Assembly: GCF_036365525.1 (NCBI RefSeq)
Contig: NC_090373.1
Coordinates: 104,035,692-104,099,691 of the forward strand
DNA: 64,000 nt
Reading direction: 5' to 3'
DNA from: Heterodontus francisci
Lineage: Eukaryota
Shown here: piece after piece, positions 26,580 through 38,989 of the stretch
Layout of the letters: each line of letters begins with the position of its first letter
How positions within the stretch are numbered: position 1 is the first letter of the stretch
The notes under the pieces: model-generated
What the model saw: only the letters and a program-made list of their open reading frames with translations
What the model was told of the DNA's origin: nothing
Database searches by the model: none
Made by a program: the position numbers and the translations under genes

Positions 26580-28470
26580 CATATCTCACCTCATACCACA
26601 AAATGAGGTGTTAACATGGTGAAGCTATAACCCAGGACTACATGCGTGCCAAACAGCGTAAGCAGCATGCGATAGACAGAGCAAAGCAATCCCACAACCA
26701 ACGGATCAGATCTAAGCTCCTCAGTCCTGCCACATCCAGTCATGAAAGGTGGCTCCACAAATATCCCATCTTCAATGATGGGGCAGCCCAGTACATCAAT
26801 GCTGAAGCATTTGCAACAATCTTCAACCAGAAGTGCCGAGTGGATGATCCATCTCGGCCTCCTCCTGAAGTCCCCAGTATCACAGATGCCAGTCTTCAGC
26901 CAATTCCATTCACTCCACATGATATTAAGAAACAACTGAAGGGATTGGATACTGCAAAGGCTATGGGCCCTGACAACATTCCAGCAAAAGTACTGAAGAC
27001 CTGTGCTCCAGAACTTGCTGTGCCCCCAGCCAAGCTGTTCCACTATAGCTGTAACACTGGCATCTACCCGGCAATGTGAAAAATTACCCAGGTATGTCCT
27101 GTAAACAAAAAGCAGGACAAATCCAACCCGGCAAATTACCGCCCCATCAGTCTACTCTCAATCATCGGTAAAGTGATGGAAGGTATCATCGACAGTGCTT
27201 TCAAGGGGCACTTGCTTGGCAATAACCTGCTCAGTGACACTCAGTTTGGGTTCTGCTAAGGCCACTCAGCTCCTGACAGCCTTAGTTCAAACATGGACAA
27301 AAGAGCTGAACTCAAGAGGTGAAGTGAGAGTGACTGCCCTTGACATCAAAGCAGCATTTGACCAAGTGTGGCATCAAGGAGCCCTAGCAAATCTGAAGTT
27401 AATGGGAACCAGGGGTCAACTCTCCACTGGTTGGAGTCATAGCTAGCGCAAAGGAAGATGGTTGTGATTGTTGAAGGTCAATCATCTCAGAAGTGCAGGA
27501 GTTCCTCAGGGTAGTGTACTAGGTCCAACCATCTTCAGCTGCTTCATCAATGACCTTCCTTCAATCATAAGTCAGAAGTGGGGATGTTCGCTGATGTTCA
27601 GCACATTTGCAACTCCTCAGATACAGAAGCAGTTCATGTAGAAATGCATCAAGACCTGGACAATATCCAGGCTTAGGCTGATAAGTGGCTAGTAACATTC
27701 GCGCCACACAAGTGCTAAACAATGACTATCTCAAACAAGAGAGAATCTAACTATCTTCCCTTGACAGTCAATGGCATTACAATCACTGAATCCCCCACTA
27801 TCAACATCCTGGGGGTTACCATTGACCAGAAACTGAACTGGAGTAGCTATATAAATATAGTAGCTACAAGAGCAGGTCAGAGGTTAGAAATCCTGTGGCG
27901 AGTAACTCACCTCCTGACTCACCAAAGCCTGTCCACAAGACATAAGTCAGGAGTATGACAGAATACACTCCATTTGCCTGGATGGGTGCAGCTCCAAAAA
28001 CACTCAAGAAGCTCGACACCATCCAGGACAAATCAAAACACTTGATTGGCACCCCAACCACCATGTTCAACATTCACTCCCTTCACCACCAACGCACAGT
28101 GGCAGCAGTGTATACCATCTACAAAATGCACTGCTGCAACGCACCAAAACTCCTTAGACAGCACCTTCCAAACCCTCGACCTCTACCACCTAGAATTACA
28201 AGAGCAGCAAATGCATGGGACCACCACCATATGCAAGTTCCCCTCCAAGCCACACACTTGACTTTGAACTATATCGCCGTTCCTCACTGTCGCTGAGTCA
28301 AAATCCTGGAACTCCCTTCCTAACAGCACTGTTGATGTACCTACTCCATACGGACTGCAGTGGTTCAAGAAGGCAGCTCACCACCACCTTCTCAAGGGCA
28401 ATTAGGGATGGTCAATAAATGCTGTCCTAGCCAGCGACACCCACATCCCATGAATGAATCAAAATAAAAT
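26580..28470 (+). mobile_element. CR1-group LINE (family B), about 1.9 kb 5'-truncated, disrupted RT
   Basis: KAMGPDNIP..LKTCAPELA, ALDIKAAFDQVWH, FAD motifs with stops and frameshifts; family 3' end. Confidence 0.92.
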
Positions 28471-28569
28471 TCTCCCTACCCTTTTGGCAGGTTTCCACTC
28501 TCTTCTTTCCCAACACATGCACATCTTACACATTCTCACTCTGACCGCTGGGTGTTTTTATTTTACTTT

Positions 28570-28960
28570 CTCTCAGGATCTGGGCGATACTGACAAGGCT
28601 GCAATAATGCCCATCCTTAGTTCGGCCCGAGAAGGCAATTGTGGGTCTTCCCCTTGAAACACTGCAGTCCTTGTGGCGATAGCGCTTCCACAATGGTTTA
28701 GGTAGGGATTTCCAGGATATTAGCCCAATAATGATGAAGAAATGGCAATATATGCCTAAAACAGATGATGAGTAACTTTGAGGTGATGGTGCTACCATCC
28801 ACAGTGCTGCTTGTGCCCTTCTCGGTGGCAGAGGTGACTGGGGTGGAAGGTGGTTTCAAAGTGACAGTGATGAGTTTCTGCAGCATTTCCTCTAGTCTGT
28901 ACATACTGTAGCCACAGTGCGCCAGTGATGGAGGGGTAAAATATTGAGCCCACTCATGCA
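28570..28960 (-). mobile_element. Old family-B LINE 3' fragment
   Basis: Degenerate antisense match to the family-B 3' end (atgcccatccttagtt..., gggatttccaggat). Confidence 0.6.
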
Positions 28961-30018
28961 ATAACCATGAAGGTGTCTGGCTACAATATGATAAGCATTT
29001 TTAGATATTTTTCCCCCTTGGTTTTCCTGCATCACAGCCCAATTAGGGAGGTAGCCTACTCCCAGGCCTCAGCTGATGATAGTTAGCAACAAGGAGATAC
29101 ATAACCATGATCCAAATAAGCTCAGATTTACCTTCTATCTTTACAAGTGGCGACCTTACACCGGTATGACTCTATTTGAAAACAGTAATACATGGGGGCA
29201 ATCTAGGCATACAGTTCGAACGTACTGCGGTTTTGAGATTAGCGTTCAGAAATACAAAAAACAAAAACTTAATAGTTCATTAAAATACTTGCTGCTTTCA
29301 GCATTACTGAAGGGAAGGTGGTCTGTAAAATGAGTAAAATAGGGCAAAGCGTTGGCTGAAGAAAAAGTGTAGAGGAAGCTTCAAGAAATCACTGATTGAC
29401 ATTTATAGTTAGAATGGAGAATGAAAATATAAAAAGACAACAATTTTCCCAGAGGAAAAAAAAAATCTACAAGACCCTCAATTATTCTGACAAAAGTATA
29501 TCAAGCTTGAATATAAGTGGCTGTCTTAAATGAAGCAAGTCTTATGCAAATTATTTTCTTTTCTTTTTCATAATGGTCCCCAATCTCTCCCGAAGTTACA
29601 GATTCATGTTTCAGTATGCAGCTGTCATCTGATATCTTACTCAGGTTCTCATTTTCCACGCGCGTGGTAAGATAGTGAGTGCTGAGCTACTGTGAAGAGC
29701 ATCAGAACAGAGCCTGATCCATGGCCATGTTTTCTGAAGGAGTCGCCTTGACTTACTTTTCCCTCCCTAGCTTAGATTTGCTGACACCAAATTTTATGCC
29801 CCCGTCCAACCATCTAATCCAAGACCAGGGTTAAAATCCAGGACCTTCCAGTTTTCTGTGGTATAGTTCCACACTTAGCATTACACTTACCAACTGAGGC
29901 ATCGAGGAAGTTCTTTTTCCAATCACAATGTTCTCAGAACTCTAGACTAATCAATGACAATATGAAAATAAACAAAGGCCAAACCAGAGACAGAAAAATA
30001 AAGCAATATCATACATAC

Positions 30019-30111
30019 ATCTATCTTTTGAATCCTCTCTTTATGTTTCAGTGTTTTATTGAATGCATAAACGTTTATCTGATATGTTGAACCACACTGA
30101 AGGAATGGGAT
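30019..30111 (-). CDS. TRMT11: TRMT11 coding exon 5
   Basis: tttAG|IPFLQCGSTYQINVYAFNKTLKHKERIQKID|GTATGT; 93 nt; 94-nt intron to exon 4. Confidence 0.93.
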
Positions 30112-30205
30112 CTAAAGTCGGAAAATAAAAATGGTTAATTTAACTCAGACCAATAGTTTTAGCTATGTATACAAGACAATGTAGATGGTTCCTGTGCATA
30201 CACAC

Positions 30206-30287
30206 CATTCTGTCTGCAGGATAATTTTTCAGTGAGTTATACAGCTCTTCATGTGTTCTTCCTTGACCCCACAATTCAAATATTGAT
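30206..30287 (-). CDS. TRMT11: TRMT11 coding exon 4
   Basis: tgcAG|SIFELWGQGRTHEELYNSLKNYPADRM|GTGTGT; 82 nt. Confidence 0.95.
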
Positions 30288-31399
30288 CTGCAAAGTAAAG
30301 CATGGTTGTTGTGTCTAAAACAACTACTTCAAACATGGATGCTGTTGCCATACGGTGGCCAAGGTGAAACACCACGAGAACAGCTTGTACTGTAATTCTT
30401 CCATTAGTCTGTTGTAAACCATCTTGATGTGAAAGAGTTTTCCTTAAAAGACATAGGGGCCAATTTTCCTGATATTTGGACCCAGGGAATCCCTGGCACA
30501 AAGGTCAGAAAAAAGGTGAGGTGGCTAATTTAGCTGGGTCAATGCCCCTTTTAAGTAACCTCAAAATTTCCAGGGCTTCCCCAAGGAGGGAGTGTTGGAG
30601 GAAGAGCTGGATATGGGGCCATTGTATACATATAAATGAGGCAGTAGGGAACAGCTCCAGCTTCCCATCTCATTTTCTTTTATATCAGCCTGCTGGGAAC
30701 TTGAAGAAATCAGGTACTGGGACTATTGGCAGAACCTCCACAGACTGTTGAGACAGCTCAGATCGAAGAGCAGCCCACAAATGAAGACTGCAGGTACTCG
30801 CCACTCTCCAACAGGACAATATTCGGTCCTCTGATTCTCCAGCACTAGCCAGAAGGACCAGGGGTCACTGGGACAGCAAATGGCAGGGCCCCAATCAGCA
30901 ACTGAAAAAAATACTGTAATGATCCTTCTGCAGAACACCAAGAGATAGAATTATGATGGAGAATCACTCCCTAGGCATTAACCATTCTTTCTCTTTTAAA
31001 GGTTGACTGAATTTCCAGCATTTTCTGTTCTGTAAAATCACAGGAACAGAAGTAGGCCATTCATCCCATCTAGCCTGTTGCACCATTTAATTAGATCATA
31101 GGTGACCTGTATCTTAACTTCATTTACTATTTAGTTCAATATCTCTTAATGCCCTTGCCTAACAAAAATCTAACAATCACAGTTTTGAAATATTCAATTG
31201 ACCTTGCCTCGAGAGATTTCAATCTACTTCTAGTCTTTTTGTGAAAAGTGCTTACTTCAGACTTATCATTGCATGTTTCGTTTAACTTCTGTCCACTGCT
31301 CAAGAATAGTCCTTGAAAATTCTGAGATTAATGTAAACTCAAACATGCTCTGGGATGGTTTCATCATTTAATTGTACGAATAAATGACTACCTAGGGAG

Positions 31400-33560
31400 A
31401 TGAGAGGCAAGAAAAGGATAGTGATAGTGGTGGAGGATCCTTTAATCAAAGATGTGGACAGTCTGTTTTTGCAGACATGACTGGGAGTGGCATGTTGCCT
31501 GGCTGGAGTTAGGATGAAGGACATTATGAAATAGTTGGAAAAAGTCCTAGAAAGGGAGAGCAGCCAGAAGTCACAGTTCACATTGGAACTAATGACAAAG
31601 AAAGACGTACATTTGAGGTCCTGCAAAGGAATTTAAGGTGTTAGGCTCTAGATTGGCACAGGCAGCTCAAAGATGATAATCCCTGGATTGTACACTGTGC
31701 TACATGTTGAACATGTTAAGGAGAGGAAAATTAGGAAGGTCAAACGTGGCTGCAGTGAAGGATTTAAACTGTTGTGGTGGCTGGAAGGCTTGAGGAAACT
31801 CAATGTTTGAGACTAGGAAGGAACTGTAGGTCAATAAAATTATTAGAATAAAAGCATAAGGTTTGCCTGAAATGAATTGAATTGTGTAAAAATACTATCA
31901 GGGAAGAAAAGAAACAGGATATGTGGTAGCGAGAGATAAAAGCACTATAGCAGAAGGGGCAAGTGATATCAAACAATGAAGTAAAAAAAACCCAAAGAAG
32001 ATTCACAGAATAATACAGTGCAGAAGAGGCCCTTCGGCCCATCGAGTCTGCACCGATGCATTAAAGACACCTGACCTGTCTACCTAATCCCATTTGACAG
32101 CACTTGGCCCATAGCCTTGAATGTTATGACGTGCCAAGTTCCAAAACTTTGGAGTCAGGACTGAGTCATGCAAAATGAATGCACAAAACATTTAAAACAG
32201 TATTGTAAAATGAGAGAAATTAAAGGAATATGATATAGTAGTTAGAACAGAGAAAAAAGATTTGCATTTATATAGCTCATTTCATGACCACTGGATGTCC
32301 GAAATTGCTTTACAGCCAATGAAGTACTTAAGTGTAGTCACTGTTGTAATGTAGGAAACACGGCAGCCAATTTGCGCGCAGCGAGCTCCCACAAACAGAA
32401 CTGTGATAATGACCAGATAATCTGTTTTTATGATGTTGATTGAGGGATAAATATTGGCCAGGATACCGGCGATAACTCGCTTGCTCCTCTTTGAAATAGT
32501 GCCATGGAATCTTTTACGTCCACCTGAGAAGGGGTAGGGGCTTTCGGTTTAAGTCTGGTCCGAAAGATGGCATCTCTGACAGTGCAGCACTCCCTCAGAA
32601 CTGTTAGATTTTTGTGCTCAAGTCCTGGAGTGGGTCTTGAACCCACAACCTTCTGGCTCGGAGGCGAGAGTGCTACCAACTGAGCCAGGGCTGACAAATT
32701 TGTGGCTTAATTTAGACAGGACTGGGAACTTAAATTTAGGAGAGATAGAGAGGGATATAAAAGGTGGGCTTGTGATTTAAGTGAATAATACTATTACATT
32801 ACAAGAATGTAAGTATATTCCATCAAGTTAGATTGACAGATTCTATAAAGATAGAGTGAAGAAATATGAAGGGAACTGATGCAATTTTGGCATGCATGAG
32901 AGCTCATCCAGCTGTAGAGATGAGATAGAGGTAAAGATCTGTAGAAAGTTTGGAGAGATATGTAGGAACAACATAATATTGGTGATTTTAATTATCCCAA
33001 TATACGTTGTAATAAATGTGGTCAAAATGGGGAATATTTTTCAAAGTGCATCCAGCAAAGTATGTTTCTAGTCCATCAAGGAAGGAAGCATTACTTAATT
33101 TAGTTATTGGAAATGAAGAATGATGAACAACTAATATGCAAACAATGGGGTAATATGCAATGCAAGAAAAAGATAATGAGTTATAGATAAGGATGCTGGA
33201 CTGGTAAAGAGCAGAGTTCAGTGAGATATTAAAGGATCTGACCCAAATTAAATGGGCAGAAAATTTAGAAAACAGATTAATAGATCAGTGGGAAATCTTC
33301 CAATATGAGATGGATAGAGGACAAAATTAATATATAGCTATACTGCACAGGAGATCAGCCAATGTAACATCTTTGTTCAAAAGAGAGAGGAGGATCAATC
33401 AGGTAACTATCAACCAGATAGACTAATGTCAATTATGCAAAATACTTAGAATCCATAATGTGATAAATGTGCTGCTGTGTTTAATAAACTTAATAGAGCT
33501 TTTGATGAAGTGACTGACTGAACAGATAAAGGGAACATAGTAAATGGATTTTTAGAAGGG
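31400..33560 (+). mobile_element. Highly decayed CR1 (ORF1 esterase and ORF2 remnants) with nested SINE
   Basis: Remnants resembling CCLAGVR..VHIGTND and endonuclease/RT segments; many stops. Confidence 0.55.
32255..32695 (-). mobile_element. tRNA-derived SINE (Deu-type, SacSINE1-like)
   Basis: Minus-strand head with A box TGGCTCAGTTGG and B box GGTTCAAGACCC; central domain; 3' tail ...gctatataaatgcaaatctttt. Confidence 0.8.
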
Positions 33561-34023
33561 TGAAAAAAGTTAAAAGAATGGAAGGGAGAACGAAGACAAG
33601 CAAAACACTATTTTTCATCATTTATTTCAGAAAAACAAAGCAACTAAAGTTGTCAGTTGGACTCAGTCTTTGCAATAACTGAAGAATTTCTGCAAGTACA
33701 TATTTTTCTTAATGCACTTAACTGAATGCTGATGTCATACTTTTGACAACAACAGTCATTGTTATATTCCACTAAGACCCATACTATTGACACTGGTTCC
33801 TGAGCGTCATGTAGAGCGCCACAACCCATTTTAAACCAGGTTTGCACAACAATTAATTCTAATGAATCCCAGCGTTAGTTCTTAGCTTGTAGCCAGTTAC
33901 GAGACCCACATGTCAGGAACTGACACTAATAGCATAGGTCATGGTGCAATATAAAAACAACTAGAAAGGCAAACAATATTCTTCAACTACTGTGCATCCA
34001 TTACAATTATACGAAGCACATAC

Positions 34024-34097
34024 TTTGCACACACGGTCCGCTTCATGATTCCTTTTGCCATCTCCTCAGTGGGAATGTGTAGAATCCAGAACGGAGA
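34024..34097 (-). CDS. TRMT11: TRMT11 coding exon 3
   Basis: tttcAG|SPFWILHIPTEEMAKGIMKRTVCA(K)|GTATGT; 74 nt, ends phase 2. Confidence 0.95.
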
Positions 34098-34477
34098 CTG
34101 AAAAGGAAAATATACTTATACATTAAATCACCTTGGAACATCAACAATGTTATGTTGATGAATCTATTAAAAGTATGTTAGTGAAAGTGAGTCAAAATTA
34201 AAAGACATTGACATTAAATGGAACTGCACATCTAGGAAATTATCAGAGTTCATTTAACATAATGAGAATCTGAACCTTTATGTTCATCACTCTCCAACAA
34301 AAATGTGCTTTGAAACTTCAAAGATTTCCTAAAGTACAGCTTTACACACCCATTTGGAAAAGGGAGTGAAAACTACATCAGGAATCAGAACTGGCAACAA
34401 AACTCCAAATCACACAAACGGGCAGAGAAGCCTCTTACACACACAAAGCAATACAATATAGCGATGGTTTATAACAT

Positions 34478-35247
34478 AAGCTGGATTTTAAGAGCCAGCG
34501 GTAAGCTCAAAAAATGGCAGCCCGCCAAAGAGCCGCTGCGACCTCCCGCATGGCGGCTCATTTAAAAAGCCGGGGCAGCCCCCTCCCCCTATCACGTGGA
34601 GGAGGCAGGCTGTCCGTCGCCGGCAATGGCATCAGCTGCCTGTGCGCATGCGCCATTTTTAAAAGGCAGCCAACCCTGCAGGCAGATTTGAATTTTTAAA
34701 GATACAGCAACCACTCCCCTCCAAAATTTATGTAATAAACTTATAACGCCCCTTTGCAACCCCACCACCCCCCTAAACAATTACATTAACTATTTGGCCT
34801 TTCCCCCCAAAAACGCTTACCTTTTAAATCTGACCTCCCCTACCATAGACTGCACAAAGTTTAAAGTTCACCCCTTCCCACCATCCCCTACACCCATTAT
34901 GTTTATTTGACCCCATCCCCAAGCCCGCATTGAAAATCTCAACTCCTCCCAACTCCCCACCAGTATCACACCAGCTTTTCCCGGACGGGGAATTGAAGGC
35001 GCGGGAGTGCCGGCCGCTGTGCCGAAGATCGCGGAGGACCCGGAAGATTGAAGGTAAGAATATTTTAAATTTATTCCTGTCATTCATTTAAATATTGAAA
35101 TGCTGTTCTCATCACTCAGCGGTGCGGAGGCTGCCACGGAGACCCGCCGCCGCCTGGAGGATCGGGCCGGACCCATCTTCCGGCCACCCCACCACCCCCC
35201 GCCCCTGCCACGGAGCCTGATATCGTGGGCTTGGCAAAATCCAGCCC
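34478..35247. mobile_element. Non-autonomous TIR (MITE-like) element, CpG-rich
   Basis: gctggatttt ... aaaatccagc terminal inverted repeats; no coding capacity. Confidence 0.65.
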
Positions 35248-35259
35248 ATAAAATCATTG

Positions 35260-36312
35260 ACACAACAAAATAAGGCCATTCGGCCCAGTGACTCCATGAC
35301 AGCTGCCCACAGAGCTTTGCTGTCAGTCCCACTCCCTGACTCGATCCCCGTAACCCTGCAAGTCTATTTCTCTAAGGTGGCCATCCAACTTCCTCTTGAA
35401 GTCATTGATCGTCTCCCCTTCCTCCACCCTTGTGGGCAGCGGGTTCCAGGTCATTACCACCTGCTGCGTAAAAAAGTACTTCCTCATATTCCCTCTGCAT
35501 CTCTTGCCCAAAATTTTCAATGTGTTCGCTAGTCCTCGTACCATTTGTTAAAAGGAACAGCTTTTCCTTGTCTAACTTATCTAAGCCTGTCATAATCTTG
35601 TACACTTCTATTAAATCCCCCCTCAATCTCATTTGTTCTAAGGAGAATGAACCAACCTAACCTTGTAACTAAAATCCCTCATCCCCCGAACCATTCTGGT
35701 AAATCTGCTCTGCACCCTCAAGGACCCTCACATCCTTCCTGAAGTGTGGTGACCAGAACTGGATGCAATACTCCATTTGGGGCCTAACCAGAGCTTTATA
35801 AAGGTTCAGCATAACTTTCCTGCTTTTGTACTCAATGCCTCTATTTATGAATCCCAAGATCCCATATGCTTTACTAACCACTCTCTCAATATGTCCTGCC
35901 ACCTTCAAAGATCGATGCTCATGCACCCCCAGGTCCCTCTCTTCCTGCACACTCTTAAGAACGGTGCCATTAAGTATATATTGCCTCTCCCTATTCCTTC
36001 TGTCAAAATGCATCACCTCACATTTGCCAGTATTAAATTCCATCTGCCACTTATCTGCCCATTTTGCTAGCCTATCTATGTCCTGTTGCAGGCAGTTCTT
36101 ATCATCCTTACTGTTTGCCGCACCTCCAAGTTTAGTGTTGTCAGCAAATTTTGAGATTCCGCTCTTTATTCCAAGATTCGTCATTTATATATAGTAAGAA
36201 AAAGCAGTGGTTCCAGCACTGACCCTTGGGGAACACCACTGTCTACCATCCTCCAGTCTGAAAAGCAACCATTTACTACGACTCGCTGTTTTCTGTCCAC
36301 AAGCCAATTTTC
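35260..36312 (-). mobile_element. CR1 LINE (family A) 3' RT fragment
   Basis: ISKFADNTKLGG..LQQDIDRL..WQMEFNTGKCEVMHF; RLRGDLIEVYKIM; CR1 3' end. Confidence 0.92.
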
Positions 36313-37049
36313 TAAATCCAAAAAACAGCTCTAAGTTCAAATATCATACAATATGTGAATGTTTCATGCATCATGAAATAAATCTAATAATAGATTATGG
36401 CAACAGTTAGAACCAATTAATCCCTTTTTGTTACATTTTTCCTTTAACAGACCTTGCACTCCCTGCAATTCTGTGAGCCAACATTCAAACATAGGAATTG
36501 CAGATCTCTCTGAACACTTTTTACACTTAGCCTGATCATTTCTAAATGCACTAGGACTGAGGAGACAAGGTTTATGATCTCTGTACTTTTTTCATTATCA
36601 GTCCTGTTGTGGCATAGGATTTGATGCCAGTAGTATTGTTAGCCCCTGTAAGCACAACAACAACATTCATAAAGCGCCTTTAACACAGAATAACATCCCA
36701 CACAGCCATATGGAAAAAATGGACACTGAGGCATGAAGTGACTGAAAGCTTGGTTAAAGAGATGGGTTTTAAGAACAGTCTTAAAAGCAGCAGGGAGATG
36801 GTTGCAAAGTAGAAGATTTAGGGAGGGAATTGCAGAACACAGCCAACAATGAAGGAGGTGGGGGCACAGACAAATGAAACCCTTAACAATGAGTCAGCAT
36901 AAAGTCAAACAAGGCCAAGGAAAGCTACTATGTCTCCCCACACTTCCAACACCCACCCCCACCCCCCCAACCAGTGAATCAGTTTTTCTCCACGTTGAAC
37001 ACCACTTGTAGGAAGTAAAGCATGTACTCTAGATAAGGACTTCAATTTC

Positions 37050-37185
37050 CACCATGAAGGGCCATAAGACTTCAAATATTAACTTTTGTTTCTTCTACAA
37101 CAGATGCTGCCTAACTGCCAAATGTTTCCAACATTTTCTGCTTTTAATTCAGGTTGTCAGGATCAGCGGTATTTTGTTTTTTGGC
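37050..37185 (+). mobile_element. Old Penelope-like terminal repeat (decayed hammerhead)
   Basis: catgaagggccataagacttcaaatattaact...cagatgctgcc...gtattttg aligns with the family by eye. Confidence 0.6.
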
Positions 37186-37668
37186 TTAAATTAAGTTTCT
37201 TATTTTGCAGGTATTTAGCTGGGTGGGATCAATTATATTTGTTTGGTGGTCAAGGTGATGAAAACTGATCTGGGAGAACACAACCAAGGCCATAAGGATA
37301 GAAAAATTAGGCTGGTAGTTTAGCCTGGGATGCTCAGTGTGCTGACTGTGGGAAATGGTGGTCATCACCAGCCATTAAAAATTACTCATGCCCTTCTGTT
37401 GATATCAAAAGGCTCTTTTCTGAATATTGATATACAAACAGATACTTGCACAGCCAACCATCATAAGCATTCATAGCTCAAACATAAAATCCCACAAACA
37501 AATTAGTGTATATTATTGAAAACAAGATAACAAGGAGAGAATCAAAGACTGTAATTTGATTTGAGATCTCACATAAAAATCATAAACAAGTCCAATATTT
37601 TGCAGCTGTAGCATCCTGTGATTATATTAGTATTTGATTGTACAAACTGAGGGTGTACTGTACCCTAC

Positions 37669-37734
37669 CTTTTCGTCAAAGTTCTCTTCACTTCTTAACC
37701 GTCCACCACAAAGAGAAAACAGGGACTTCAGCTC
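37669..37734 (-). CDS. TRMT11: TRMT11 coding exon 2
   Basis: ttacAG|ELKSLFSLCGGRLRSEENFDEK|GTAGGG; 66 nt, frame-consistent. Confidence 0.88.
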
Positions 37735-38377
37735 CTGTAACAAAAGAAAATAGATATTTGGTTGGCACAGCACACGTTAAAAATCAAGCAGCTGAATTAA
37801 AAACCCTTTTGATTCAAAAAATGCACTCAGTTATCAAGCACTTCCTTGGTCACAGCACAGGACTTCCCAATCTGGGCTGCAATATCCCTCTTATATCTTT
37901 TGTTTGTGGCATTTTAGCTGTGCTTAATATTAGCAAATAACAGTACTATGGAATAAGAAGATATTAAATAAGATTTCCAAAATTCTTCAGACCTGTGGTG
38001 CTAAAATAATCTTGAAAATCACTCTGGGCAAGTGGGAATAGTCTAATGAATCTGGACAAGTGGGAATAGTCTAATGAATTATCAATTAGCAGTCGGATGA
38101 CATTACAATGATAACACTTGCTTCAAATCTTTATGTCAATAATTTTCAATCACAAACAGCATAAACAGTCTGTCCACCATTCAAAGAGTGGTGGAGTGAG
38201 GTTATCTCATGTTTAGAAGGATCACTGAATGGCATTCAGGGTGAATGAACATGGGAACTGACAGTCTTCCTTTCACTGGACCAGAATGCATCACCAGACA
38301 GATACTACCCATTTTGCACCACAAAAATATATCTTGTGCTAGATAACATGCATATAAGCTGAAAAGGGTGATTTTTA

Positions 38378-38668
38378 ATTCATTCATTGGATGTGGGCAT
38401 TACTAGCAAGGTCAGCATTTATTGCCCATCCCTAATGGGCCTTGAGAAGGTGGTGGTGAGCCGCCTTCTTGAACCGCTGCAGTCTGTGTGGTGAAGCTGC
38501 TGTCAGGGAGTGAGTTCCAGGATTTTGACTCAGCGATGAAGAAATGGCAATATATTTCCAAGTTAGGATGGCATGTAACTTGGGGGTAAGCTTAGAGGTG
38601 GTGGTGTTCCCATGCACCTGCTGCCTTTATCCTTTTAGGTGGCAGAGGTCATGGGTTTGAGAGGTACT
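38378..38668 (-). mobile_element. CR1-group LINE (family B) 3' fragment
   Basis: Antisense family-B 3' end (cagcatttattgcccatccctaat). Confidence 0.85.
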
Positions 38669-38989
38669 GAAGAGTTACACAATAAAATGAACAACCCAAA
38701 TTAAGCTTACTTGGAACTTGTAACACACATTAGAGAGATCATTCATCTGGGTCTGCAGGGCTGAGGTATCAGTGGAGAAACAACTGTGCCCTAACCCACC
38801 AAATCACCTATTCATGGAATACATATGATGGTATTATCAGCAAAGTTTACTGCATTATAAGAATGACTCTCAATATTTATGGACTAAAAAGGAAAATTAA
38901 AAAGTGCTATCACACTGCTAGAGGATTTATCAAATCAGCACTAATACTAGTTATCCAGAGCTGTGGAGGAAGGTTTAACCTAATTTGGC

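Noticed and set aside
32610-32695. tRNA-like sequence (also 48625-48683)
   Set aside because: A and B boxes are SINE heads continuing into SINE bodies; no complete cloverleaf
38023-38078. 28-bp tandem duplication (1 mismatch)
   Set aside because: Ordinary local slippage duplication in an intron
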